Source: a bacterium (GTDB taxonomy: Bacteria > SM23-31). Taken from it: a DNA stretch of 64,000 nucleotides. Position numbers and translations under genes: made by a program. Every line of letters begins with the position of its first letter. Within the stretch, counting starts at the first letter, position 1. The notes under the pieces were generated by a model. That model was not told the DNA's origin. It saw nothing but the letters and a program-made list of their open reading frames with translations, and made no database searches. The stretch spans positions 32,001 to 96,000 of the forward strand of contig OZ252239.1 in the NCBI GenBank assembly GCA_965249485.1. Reading direction: 5' to 3'. This document shows positions 32,527-42,098 of the stretch, piece by piece.

Positions 32527-33933
32527 TTATTTAATAATATAAAGCTCCATTTGTGGTGGAGAAAAATACTCGACTCCACGTTCTGTGGCAATCGCCTCCT
32601 CGTGATCCCAAAAAAATAAATATTGGTCTTCGTTTTTGTTGGATGTAGGCGATGGCATATAGAAAAAATATTCCATAACAAATTGGTAATTGGGTGAGAG
32701 TGGTATATCATACGTCCAGTCCGGACCATAAGAACCGATCCTGGGGCCAAAATAAGTATTATGCTTCCTCTCACTCGCTCCTTTTCCATAGCCATGAGCG
32801 TCGATTGTAAGGTGCGTTTTTTCAGGATCATAACCCGCAGCATACACGGGAAAATCGTTCTTTGGCTGAACCATATGTAATTGGGGATCCCTGACAATAA
32901 TTCCGGCTTCCTCGAATTTCCGTTTGTAGTCTTGAATTATTTCACGTGAGGTACGACCCGCCCTGATGGTTTCTTCAAGAATCTTTTCGATTTTCAGATA
33001 CTCTGCCCAGAGTTTTTTGATTTCCAGAGGCGGTTCAGACTCTCCTTCTCGGAGCACATAGGCGTACATTCCCTCGCCTACTGCTGCAAGGATGTCACCA
33101 CCCTGGACCACACTGTTTTCCCAACCTGCACTCCTTCCCCTTTGTGATAGTCCCGTGCTCATCCGGCGAAAGACAGTCACTTCTCCTCCACGAGCTGGTG
33201 TTACACCCGGAACGACCTCATCAAAGGTTTCCTTTACACGTTCAACTTCATCCTTACGCATTATCTTGAATAACTCGATTTCGCTCGGCACTGTTCTTTT
33301 AATGTAATCCACCATTACGTGTTCAGACGAGACCAGCCTGTTGGTATATGTGTCACCAAGTTCTTTTGTCAATAAGAGGTAGTCTGTATGGGAAATACCG
33401 TCTTCTGCTCTACTGGAAGTCGCCCACGTTCCCAGGTTTTCCCTGTAATTTACCGCAATACGTTTGGGGTCACGTGCTTCAACAAATTCTCTGAGGCCTT
33501 TAAATCGGTAGTCATATTCCGTCATCGGGCTTGACACCGGTTCCCCCACAAAAACCGGATTGTGGATAATATCGTAGGCTCCACTTGCTTCAACCAGCGC
33601 TTCCACCTCTCCCCTTTGACGCTGTGTAGCTCCCCAGCGACGTCCGAGAACCGCGCGTTCGATCCGGTCACCCCCACGGTCTGTGAAAACAAAGAGACCG
33701 GAGGTACTGCCCAGTTCTTCTGTACCAAATGCATCGGGAACTGCCACTCGCATCACATGAATCCACATGTCAACATTATTCTTCCTCATAGCATGGGGCA
33801 GATCGAGGTCAAACTTTTCCCGGCGAATCCGGTTATTCCACTCCTGAAGATCGTCCGTTTCCTGGGCCTGTGCATTTGCAAAAGGGACAGTGAACAGCAC
33901 AGCAAATAAAAAAATCACACCTCGATATTTCAT
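32527..33933 (-). CDS. Secreted M24-like protein lacking the Asp-Asp segment
   Basis: Family N-domain motifs present; GDILAAVGEGMYAYVLR replaces the D..D strand. Confidence 0.8.
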   Translation of the reverse strand: MKYRGVIFLFAVLFTVPFANAQAQETDDLQEWNNRIRREKFDLDLPHAMRKNNVDMWIHVMRVAVPDAFGTEELGSTSGLFVFTDRGGDRIERAVLGRRWGATQRQRGEVEALVEASGAYDIIHNPVFVGEPVSSPMTEYDYRFKGLREFVEARDPKRIAVNYRENLGTWATSSRAEDGISHTDYLLLTKELGDTYTNRLVSSEHVMVDYIKRTVPSEIELFKIMRKDEVERVKETFDEVVPGVTPARGGEVTVFRRMSTGLSQRGRSAGWENSVVQGGDILAAVGEGMYAYVLREGESEPPLEIKKLWAEYLKIEKILEETIRAGRTSREIIQDYKRKFEEAGIIVRDPQLHMVQPKNDFPVYAAGYDPEKTHLTIDAHGYGKGASERKHNTYFGPRIGSYGPDWTYDIPLSPNYQFVMEYFFYMPSPTSNKNEDQYLFFWDHEEAIATERGVEYFSPPQMELYIIK

Positions 33934-34081
33934 GAATTTCTCCTCCCTTGGTTAAACTGATATTCCCAATATCAATACTCTGAATGAGCTTAATTATACG
34001 TTTGTATTTAAAGAAGATAAATAATTAAATGTGATATACTTTAATCAGAGTGCACTGGTTTCTTTGATATGTTTGATATAA

Positions 34082-34110
34082 ATAGTAAAGTATGTAATCT
34101 ACTCATACAA
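34082..34110 (-). promoter_or_regulatory. Sigma70-like promoter next to core repeat
   Basis: Minus strand TTGTAT-17 nt-TACTAT. Confidence 0.65.
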
Positions 34111-34120
34111 GTGATTTCTG

Positions 34121-34147
34121 ATCTTCGGGCTGTACGATTTGCGAACT
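34121..34147 (+). repeat. 27-bp intergenic core repeat
   Basis: ATCTTCGGGCTGTACGATTTGCGAACT. Confidence 0.9.
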
Positions 34148-34301
34148 TTGAAGTAAAATTGATTTGCAGAAATTAAGAAAATTTGTATGGAACTTATTGA
34201 TTAAAAGATAGAATTTTACGCTGTAATAATATTGCTTAGGAAGAGAAAACTGAAAAACAGCTGAATTTCTACTGAGGGAGGTTTTAAAAACGGGGAGTGG
34301 A

Positions 34302-34712
34302 TTATTTAGTTGTTATCTCGAAGGCTCCTCCACCTTTAGTAAATAATCCGTATCGAGAAGCTGCTTCCAAAGGTCTCAAATACTGAATCTTCACAATGGA
34401 TTCAGTAGGAACATATGTCAGACTTTCTGCGTTTCCTAAATAAACTCCATCAAGAAAAACAGAATCCTCAATTGGTGCAAGATTTCTGTCCTCTGTGAGC
34501 CGAATTGATATATTGGTCATTACAGAGTAATCCAATAAATTAGGTCTCAATACCCTGATTACATCATGAGCTGTATACAGTCTCCCTTCAGAGCGCTCAA
34601 TTTCTTCAGCAAGGATAAGATTTCGATTCCCCTGTACGGATTTTCTACCGGACATTGACGAACAACCGATGCTTACTATTATGAGTAAAATCAAAACATA
34701 AAAGCAACGCAT
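34302..34712 (-). CDS. Small lipoprotein, TonB-receptor plug-like
   Basis: Lipobox SIGC; VFLDGV..IVKIQYL..EAASRYG..GGAFEITTK. Confidence 0.7.
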   Translation of the reverse strand: MRCFYVLILLIIVSIGCSSMSGRKSVQGNRNLILAEEIERSEGRLYTAHDVIRVLRPNLLDYSVMTNISIRLTEDRNLAPIEDSVFLDGVYLGNAESLTYVPTESIVKIQYLRPLEAASRYGLFTKGGGAFEITTK

Positions 34713-34959
34713 AAGAATACTCTCGTGAAGTTAATTTTATTTTCGGATATATAATATGTATGTATGTCGTCAGAATATATCGGACTTTACTATTCCAATA
34801 TTGATGAAACTTTTTGAACATTCAAGATTTATATCCGAGCTCAAGGCTTTATACGCAACAATGAAGCCTTTTTCCAAACATATCTGCCACCTCATTACGT
34901 AGAAAGTACCGAACGGTACGGAAATTAGGTTAGAGGCGAGATTATAATTTAATAAAACA

Positions 34960-34976
34960 CGCTTCGGGCTGTACGT
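34960..34976 (+). repeat. Core repeat, left part only
   Basis: CGCTTCGGGCTGTACGT. Confidence 0.7.
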
Positions 34977-35003
34977 CCTGCACTCAATAGAAGATTGACC
35001 GTT

Positions 35004-35555
35004 TTACGGGTCTTTACTACTAATTTCTTGAGCCTGTTCCTCTAGATTTTTTGCTTCCTCATTTTTGCCTATCCTCCTGTAAAGCACTGCCAGATAATCT
35101 ATTGTAATATCTAAATCGGGGTGTTCTGGCCCGTTGACTTTTTCGTATATTTCCAACGCCCGCTCATAATGAGGGTTCGCTTCGTTATAATAACCATTAT
35201 TCCAATACAAATTTGCCAGATTGTTCAGGGTAGTCGCAACACTGGGATGTTCAGGCCCCAGACTCTCCTCATTTATTTTTAATGCCCGTTTGTAAACACT
35301 TTCAGCGCTTACAACCTTATCCCGTTTAACAAACACTAATCCCAGGTTATTTAAGATTTTTGCCACTTCAGGATGGTCAGGTCCAAACGTTTTTTCGGCT
35401 TCTTCTAAAGCTCTCATACCCACGTCTTCAGCTTCAAAATATTTCCTTTGTTGGATAAGTTCCTCAAATTCTACAATGAGTTTTTTCTGCTCTGTTGCAC
35501 ATGAAAGGCATAGTGTAATAAATATGATATTTGTTAAAAATAATCTGTACTTCAT
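35004..35555 (-). CDS. TPR-repeat lipoprotein
   Basis: Lipobox-like LSC; GPDHPEVA.ILNNL repeats; paralog of 25522..26610; start approximate. Confidence 0.85.
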   Translation of the reverse strand: MKYRLFLTNIIFITLCLSCATEQKKLIVEFEELIQQRKYFEAEDVGMRALEEAEKTFGPDHPEVAKILNNLGLVFVKRDKVVSAESVYKRALKINEESLGPEHPSVATTLNNLANLYWNNGYYNEANPHYERALEIYEKVNGPEHPDLDITIDYLAVLYRRIGKNEEAKNLEEQAQEISSKDP

Positions 35556-35681
35556 TTTGAATATCATCCTGTTTAAAGTAAATAGATGATTTATTATCTT
35601 TATACTGTTCATGATCTGAACATGTTTATACTTTAAATTAATTATTACGGCAAAAAGTTTCATTTCACATGTGTTTTTTTT

Positions 35682-35708
35682 CACCCTGGGCCGAATGTTT
35701 TGCGAACC
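35682..35708 (+). repeat. 27-bp intergenic core repeat
   Basis: CACCCTGGGCCGAATGTTTTGCGAACC. Confidence 0.7.
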
Positions 35709-35749
35709 TCTTAAGTAGACTTAAAATGCAGTTTTTTGAAGCAATATAT

Positions 35750-35795
35750 TGAGCACTGCAGGACTCGAATCTGCGGTCAACTGATTATGAGTCAG
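35750..35795 (-). pseudogene. Truncated tRNA(CAT), Ile2/Met type: anticodon arm to 3' acceptor strand
   Basis: Minus strand CTGA-CTCATAA-TCAG TTGACC GCAGA-TTCGAGT-CCTGC AGTGCTCA; no D arm or 5' acceptor strand. Confidence 0.75.
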
Positions 35796-36019
35796 AAATG
35801 TATATTATGTAATTATTCTCTATAAACTCAATATAAACAGATGCCTAAGCACACGGCTGCTGCATTTATTTTCAACCAATTCCATGTCACAGATGCGATA
35901 AATAACGCCAAACCTCACCACTATTGGCAAGGTTTGGAATAATTCTATTTATAACATCGATCAGAGATTAACATAGAGTATGCAAATACCCAGAATGTAC
36001 AATGTGTGTGCCTTTAAAC

Positions 36020-37450
36020 TCAAGGAATTACTATAATTCGTTCATTTGGCGGATGTAGAAATTCTACTCCCCGGCTGGATACGATGTGATTACCTTCTAT
36101 ATTAATAGAAACAGGAAAACCAGGTCTTAGTGTAGGAAGGTTCGTATGAACCACATATTCAAAAGAGAAAAAATGATTCTCTTCAATCGTCAAATGATCC
36201 CTGTCTGACCGAAATGGCGAAACCGAGGGTCCGACAGTGTCCAGACCACCATTATGTTGACCCTCAGCATGCAAATCTATCATAAATCCTGACTTATCAG
36301 TATTCGCTAACACCCGCTGTATAAGCCTATATTCTTCAACATTTCTATCCGCCAAAGGTGTGTATATATAGCCTGCATCTTCCATAGCCGAGACGAGAAT
36401 CTTCAACGTTTCTCCGGCAGTCCTGCCAACTTTTATATTCTTCCGAAGGATCTCTTGAGCTGCCAGCGCACGATCAAACGCATGCTGTATTTCCTCGGGA
36501 ACACCTGTTTCACCTTCCCTCAATATATATGCATTACGTTTATAATCTGTCTGAAAGTAGTCCAGATATCGAACACTCGTATCAAAGGTGAAAAAATCAC
36601 CCCGCTGAAGAACATAGTCGGCTTTATTAAAAAAATATCTGACATCAGGCGGATCTTCGAGTTTGGATACTGCCGAATAGAGAACCCGGGGGCCCCCGGA
36701 CCCAATACTATATCCTGTTAAATGCCGCTTAAAATATTCATTCTTAACCCACGTGCCTACATCACCTATCGTCGTAACACCCGGCGTGATCACTTCGCGA
36801 GATTCAGCACGTTCAAGTATCTGACGATGTACTTCCAGTGCATTGGTCATGGCTGTCACTTCCCTGAGAATCCTTCTTCCCCTGAAAGCGGTGATCAGGT
36901 GCTCCGCAGACACAATTCTCCCGGAATATTTCGGCCCTAATATTTTTTCCAGTTTAACATATTGAGAATATGAAATCCCATCCGCCATAGAGAGCCAATC
37001 GGATGTATTGACTGCAATTCGTTTCGGATCACGCTCTGTAACAAATTCTGTTATTTCGTCATAGACCGAGAAGTCCTGGGTGTTATAATCATAACCTTCT
37101 ATCGCTCGAGCAATTTCGTCAGAGCCATGTACGTCAATTTTTTCAACAGCTCCTCCACTGCCAAAGGCAGCCCGCTCAATCCTGTCTCCCAGGTCTGTAA
37201 AAATCAAATAACCGAAAGTTGATCCAAATTCATATTCCATTGGATCAGGGTCACTAGGACGAGTGACATGGATCCACATGTCAATATTGTTATCCCGCAT
37301 TGCTCCCGGTAGTATTAGGTCAAGCTTTTCGTTTCTTATCAGACGAATAACTTCTGCACCAGTCGTTGACGTATGTACTCCCGGCTGCGCGTATGCAAAA
37401 GATACGGTGAACATCACAGATAGTAAAAATGCCACTATTCGAGATTGCAT
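36020..37450 (-). CDS. Secreted M24-family metallopeptidase, intact ligands
   Basis: TFD..QTD..DLH..SFE..NIE; close paralog of 5722..7131. Confidence 0.88.
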   Translation of the reverse strand: MQSRIVAFLLSVMFTVSFAYAQPGVHTSTTGAEVIRLIRNEKLDLILPGAMRDNNIDMWIHVTRPSDPDPMEYEFGSTFGYLIFTDLGDRIERAAFGSGGAVEKIDVHGSDEIARAIEGYDYNTQDFSVYDEITEFVTERDPKRIAVNTSDWLSMADGISYSQYVKLEKILGPKYSGRIVSAEHLITAFRGRRILREVTAMTNALEVHRQILERAESREVITPGVTTIGDVGTWVKNEYFKRHLTGYSIGSGGPRVLYSAVSKLEDPPDVRYFFNKADYVLQRGDFFTFDTSVRYLDYFQTDYKRNAYILREGETGVPEEIQHAFDRALAAQEILRKNIKVGRTAGETLKILVSAMEDAGYIYTPLADRNVEEYRLIQRVLANTDKSGFMIDLHAEGQHNGGLDTVGPSVSPFRSDRDHLTIEENHFFSFEYVVHTNLPTLRPGFPVSINIEGNHIVSSRGVEFLHPPNERIIVIP

Positions 37451-37521
37451 GGCTTGCTCCTCAGTTAACTTTTGACATTAATTATTATGTTAAGCATTTC
37501 ACTTTTGCAATTATTATTCAA

Positions 37522-37548
37522 CTTCTCGAGCTGTATGATTTATGAACC
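37522..37548 (+). repeat. 27-bp intergenic core repeat (degenerate)
   Basis: CTTCTCGAGCTGTATGATTTATGAACC. Confidence 0.75.
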
Positions 37549-37592
37549 ATTTTAATGGTAATCTACAACACTTCGACAGTTTAATCGCTACA

Positions 37593-39176
37593 CTACCATG
37601 GCCTGGGCGATAAACGGGGAAGCTTTTCATCACGCATAGCAGCATGATATAAAAAGGTCGCCACAACCACCGATGACTGCATCATTCCTTCCGGAAAGAG
37701 ACGTTCATATGTGTCCATATTAACGTGTGCGATATAGTCAAGCATATCATATGCATCTTGATCAAACTTCAAGCCAAGCAATCCGACGCCCTTTAATCCT
37801 GCACCTGGGTTGTTACCGACGTAAATATGTTCAAATCCAATGCTATGCAAGGGCTTTATCCATTCTTTAAATATTCCCCGGAGAACTTCACTTCCCCCAG
37901 CTTGAATACCCCTCATAGCGCTGGGACCGAGATCCTGATTAAACGTTATGACATGATTATCATAATCCTTTTTGTACTCCTTTGTTCTTGGGTCGGCAAA
38001 GTGTTTGTAGACATGCATCGTTTGACCTGTATCTCCGGAGCCATCGTGTCCTCCCCAGAGACCAAGACGGATAGTCCTCCGGGGTTTAACCCCGATTGCC
38101 TTGAGAATACGCATCGCTTCTATGGCAGTAGTTGAACCTGCAGCGTTATCTATGGCTCCGGTTCCGTGAGGTAAAGACTGAAGGTGAGCGGCATTTATGA
38201 CTATTTCATCCGCCAGGTCTGTACCCGGAATCTCGGCAATGACATTATAATCATTCGGATCGCCTCTGTAAAGGGTTGTACTGACTTCGAGTTCCATTTC
38301 GACAGGAATGCCCTCTTCAAGAATATGCAGTATCCGGTTATAATGTTCAACTGCCAAAACCAGCTCCAGGGGCCTGTCTGGCGCATTCACGTCCCATGGC
38401 TTCTCTATATTATTGTATCTGCCCGTTCCGGCAACGGTTCCGAAATAATGGACCGGATCCGTTTTTGCAATTGCAACGGCACCTTCGGCAAATACAAAAT
38501 CAACAATCTGCTGTTTCAATTCGCTGGGGCCGCGATTGCGACGCTCTCTGGGGGCAGGTGGAATAATAGGCCTTTTCTCCTGCTCACCGAGCCATTCGTC
38601 GGACCTCTTCATGGGATAGCCGTTTTCATGGCGATAGGTGTTTGCCCGGTTCCACATTTGGACACCCATGTAGGGCGAGATTTCCTGTATTGGCAATATG
38701 AATACGATTCGGTCTCTTAATTTCCCATGGTATTGTTCCAGATCCCTTACTGACGTAATTTCATCAAAATTGATGTGGATTGCCTGCGCCCGGACCTTCC
38801 CATTTGTACCGGACGACCACAGTGCAGGGTACGCAATGATCGGCACATAATCAGGCTCCATCATGTGCACAGAAACGTAGTCAAAATCCCAGCCATTACC
38901 AAACTCATACGGCTCGAGGTGGGCATTGGTGAGACCATACTCTTTGAGCCGGTCCCGGGCCCATTCTGCTGCTGCACGATACGAAGGCGTTTTAGACATC
39001 CGTCCGCCAAAAATATTGGTCAGCATATGGGCATTTTCCATAACATCAGAATTTTCAAATTCAAATTCCATGAGCTTCTGCACAACATCGTAATAGACTT
39101 TTTCCTGTGCAGATACGGAAGATACTGACATAACCAATAAAAATAAACCGGCCATGAAAAAACGCATAGTTTTCAT
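37593..39176 (-). CDS. M28 (carboxypeptidase Q-like) peptidase with atypical active site
   Basis: NVIAEIPGTDLADEIV..AHLQS..GAIDNAAG..PRRTIRLGLW; signal peptide. Confidence 0.85.
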   Translation of the reverse strand: MKTMRFFMAGLFLLVMSVSSVSAQEKVYYDVVQKLMEFEFENSDVMENAHMLTNIFGGRMSKTPSYRAAAEWARDRLKEYGLTNAHLEPYEFGNGWDFDYVSVHMMEPDYVPIIAYPALWSSGTNGKVRAQAIHINFDEITSVRDLEQYHGKLRDRIVFILPIQEISPYMGVQMWNRANTYRHENGYPMKRSDEWLGEQEKRPIIPPAPRERRNRGPSELKQQIVDFVFAEGAVAIAKTDPVHYFGTVAGTGRYNNIEKPWDVNAPDRPLELVLAVEHYNRILHILEEGIPVEMELEVSTTLYRGDPNDYNVIAEIPGTDLADEIVINAAHLQSLPHGTGAIDNAAGSTTAIEAMRILKAIGVKPRRTIRLGLWGGHDGSGDTGQTMHVYKHFADPRTKEYKKDYDNHVITFNQDLGPSAMRGIQAGGSEVLRGIFKEWIKPLHSIGFEHIYVGNNPGAGLKGVGLLGLKFDQDAYDMLDYIAHVNMDTYERLFPEGMMQSSVVVATFLYHAAMRDEKLPRLSPRPW

Positions 39177-39353
39177 AACACCTCCTGATATAGGTTTATT
39201 TGATAGAATAAATATCAATGTTCTAAAAAATATTTATCTAACTTAAATAAGAATGTGATGCAATGTAGAATTGTGATGTGTGTTGCCAAAGCATCTTTGG
39301 CACATTGGAATAATATTATAAGGAATGTAATTTGTTTCTCCAAGGACTTTTTA

Positions 39354-39380
39354 ATCTTCGGGTTGTGCGATATGCGAAAA
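39354..39380 (+). repeat. 27-bp intergenic core repeat
   Basis: ATCTTCGGGTTGTGCGATATGCGAAAA. Confidence 0.8.
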
Positions 39381-39406
39381 TTTAGATTGAGTTTCATTCA
39401 TGCATA

Positions 39407-40216
39407 TTAAGGATTTGGCTGAATTGCAAATGTCTGAGCACTGTAATCCCCGTCAGGCAAGACAGTAGGTAATTTATATTGTGGATCGGTGAGCAGTGCA
39501 TACAAAAAAGGGTCGCCGGTTTGTACTGTTTCTCTTGTTCTCAAATCCCATTGATCTTTTCCTCGCTCGAATGTCCCGGGATAATCCTGTCCTCCAAGTA
39601 TCGATGTTAAACCCCAATGAATATACTCAGATATCTGGCAATCATAATCACACGTTTCGTCATAATACGTGTGCCAGGCATCTTCGGGATATTGCTCAGG
39701 AACCTCTTCGAAATATCCCCCTCTCGCTGCTTCCGATGCTTTTGCAATCTCTGTCCCGGGTACTCTGCCAAAAACTGAAGGATAGGCACCTTTCCAACCG
39801 TAGTCAGTTATCAAGTGCAGGATTTCTTCAAGTGCTTCATTATACATTCCGTTTTCTCCATTCGGGCGTATGTTATCAGTCCAGACATTTTGCCAATTAG
39901 GGGATGGGAGAAATTTTCTGTCAATTGCCCGCAAATCTTCCTGGTTTGTTGCAACAATCTGAGTAGCGTTCGCCTTAATCATCGCATCGACGATTTTCTG
40001 GTTGTCCGGGACGCCATCTTCGTCATTATCAAGATACTCGGCCAGAACGTTGGCGGCATGAAGCATTTTATCGTCAGGTGAAGCTGCAGTTCCATAAACG
40101 TGAATACCAAATACCTCGATATGTTTGGGAAAAGGACTGGTTACCGGGTTAGCAGAACTGCAAACAACAAGTAAAAAGACTAATACAATTGACCATACAG
40201 ATAAAATGAATTTCAT
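39407..40216 (-). CDS. Secreted or lipoprotein EExxH metalloprotease-like protein
   Basis: AEYLDNDEDG, ALEEILHLI, CDYDCQISEY. Confidence 0.75.
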   Translation of the reverse strand: MKFILSVWSIVLVFLLVVCSSANPVTSPFPKHIEVFGIHVYGTAASPDDKMLHAANVLAEYLDNDEDGVPDNQKIVDAMIKANATQIVATNQEDLRAIDRKFLPSPNWQNVWTDNIRPNGENGMYNEALEEILHLITDYGWKGAYPSVFGRVPGTEIAKASEAARGGYFEEVPEQYPEDAWHTYYDETCDYDCQISEYIHWGLTSILGGQDYPGTFERGKDQWDLRTRETVQTGDPFLYALLTDPQYKLPTVLPDGDYSAQTFAIQPNP

Positions 40217-40273
40217 TATTACACCTCAATGATTGTTGTACAATATTAGATCAATGTAGACTTTATTATTTTA

Positions 40274-40338
40274 ATAGCAAGGTATGCTAATTTTCTTTAC
40301 AAATATTATTGTTCACCGGGCTGTACCATGTGCGAGCC
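40274..40338. repeat. Promoter plus core repeat
   Basis: Minus strand TTGTAA-17-TGCTAT (40274..40302); core TTCACCGGGCTGTACCATGTGCGAGCC (40312..40338). Confidence 0.8.
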
Positions 40339-40417
40339 TTTTAGCCTGAAGTAAAAAAAATACAAAGCTCGTCACCTGCTGCATGTTTAGTAAAAAACAA
40401 TTTCTAAAAAGTCTCTT

Positions 40418-41866
40418 CTATTTAATGAGATAATACTCGGTCTGCCGTCCACCGGGATATATCATTCCGTTGGGAGTAAACGCCATAACATTTTCAGAAA
40501 ATATAATTACTTTTTGATTGTCCCATTCCGGAACCTCATACTGCACATCCATTTCAAACGCATATACGGTATTGTATTGAAGCGGATAGTCAGCGCTGCC
40601 TACTTGAAATCTTGATGTTGGACGCAAGTCATATTGAGCTCCCTCCCTCCTGCGGCGCTCTGATCTTCTCGGCTCAGAGTTTATAAATATTCCGGCGTAA
40701 TAGACATTACGTGGCAAAAATCCTCCAACAAGATCATAATATAGGAAATAATAACTAAGATGATGACAATAAATCTTTGGCCGAATTCCCTCCTGTCGTG
40801 CCCTCTCTGCAGCAGTCCGGCCGATCTCATACCCGGATCGTCCCTGCTTCATCTCCTCACCAATAATGTCCTGCAATCTGATTACGTGTATTAAAGCTTC
40901 TTTGAGACCTTGAGGAGCATCAGTCTCACCTTCTTTTAGGACATATGCCATTTGCTGGATATCTGTATTTAGACCAAGATACTTGATTCCAGTATCACAA
41001 AATATAAGGTCGCCACGCCTGATCACCGTGTTCAGTCCGTTCATCGGCGAAGGATTATCTATATAACGGTCATCCAGAATTCTAAAATACTCATCATCAT
41101 CATCATATTTAGTCCGTTCCCTGCGGCTTCTTTGCACGGTGATAGTGGGATGATTATTTGTATCTATTCCTATATCAACATATTTCTGCCTGATCCACCA
41201 GTTAAGTTCATCGGTGGTGGTAACATCAGGAATGACTATTTTATTGGAAAAAGCCTCAGCAATAACGTCATGGGCAACCCCAACAACATGTCTGAAAACA
41301 CTGAGCTCTTCGGGAGTCCTGGCTTCATACCACCAGATACTCACCATTTTAGCAGATACTAATCGGGATGCATAGTTACTGCCGATCCTGCTTTCCAGTT
41401 CTGCTTTGTCAGATTCAGAAAAACCATAGTTATATTGTCCCCATTCGTTCATCACATTAATTCCTATCTTTTGGGGATCCCGTTCTCTAATTATTTCTTC
41501 AAGGTCATCAAATCTTCCTGTTAACCACTCAATTCCAGTTTTGTTGCCTCTGTCATAAAAAATGAGGAAGGAAGGTGTATTTTGAACAAGTCCTTCTTCA
41601 TTGGACTGCAGTAACGAAAAGTAAAAAGCCTCTTCATTGTTACGGACGATCCACATGTCAATTCCTCCCCTGATCATCACTTCAGGCAGCACAGTCTTCT
41701 GCTTCAATTTTAATAATCGGTTCATTACCTTAACTTGCTGCCAGATGGGTAAGACATTTTTACTGTCCCCCACAGATTCGATACCAAAATTCTGAGCATA
41801 AGAAATACTGAATGTCATTAATAACACTGGTATAATAAAAATATGTAAAGTTCGTTTTGTATTCAC
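40418..41866 (-). CDS. Secreted M24-family peptidase-like protein
   Basis: GIDMWIV, FCDTG..NTDIQ..YCHH..AFE; start GTG 41866 behind GGAGG. Confidence 0.85.
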   Translation of the reverse strand: MNTKRTLHIFIIPVLLMTFSISYAQNFGIESVGDSKNVLPIWQQVKVMNRLLKLKQKTVLPEVMIRGGIDMWIVRNNEEAFYFSLLQSNEEGLVQNTPSFLIFYDRGNKTGIEWLTGRFDDLEEIIRERDPQKIGINVMNEWGQYNYGFSESDKAELESRIGSNYASRLVSAKMVSIWWYEARTPEELSVFRHVVGVAHDVIAEAFSNKIVIPDVTTTDELNWWIRQKYVDIGIDTNNHPTITVQRSRRERTKYDDDDEYFRILDDRYIDNPSPMNGLNTVIRRGDLIFCDTGIKYLGLNTDIQQMAYVLKEGETDAPQGLKEALIHVIRLQDIIGEEMKQGRSGYEIGRTAAERARQEGIRPKIYCHHLSYYFLYYDLVGGFLPRNVYYAGIFINSEPRRSERRRREGAQYDLRPTSRFQVGSADYPLQYNTVYAFEMDVQYEVPEWDNQKVIIFSENVMAFTPNGMIYPGGRQTEYYLIK

Positions 41867-42098
41867 CGATTCATCCTCCACTATTACTGATATTAAATTC
41901 AGTTGATTTGGTAAATTTTGTTAAATACTTGATAGAAGAACAAAAAAGTAAAACTCTATTTATCATTTGATGAGCGTTGTCAAAATCTTCATTTACTTTG
42001 ATAAAAATTCTGAAAAGCTTTAAGCAATTACACGTGCTTTTTCCTATTTACAGACAAATTATTACTATCGTAAAAACAAACTTCTGCAAAGCCTGATA

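Noticed and set aside
35750..35795. Functional tRNA gene
   Set aside because: No D arm or 5' acceptor strand, and a T-stem mismatch.
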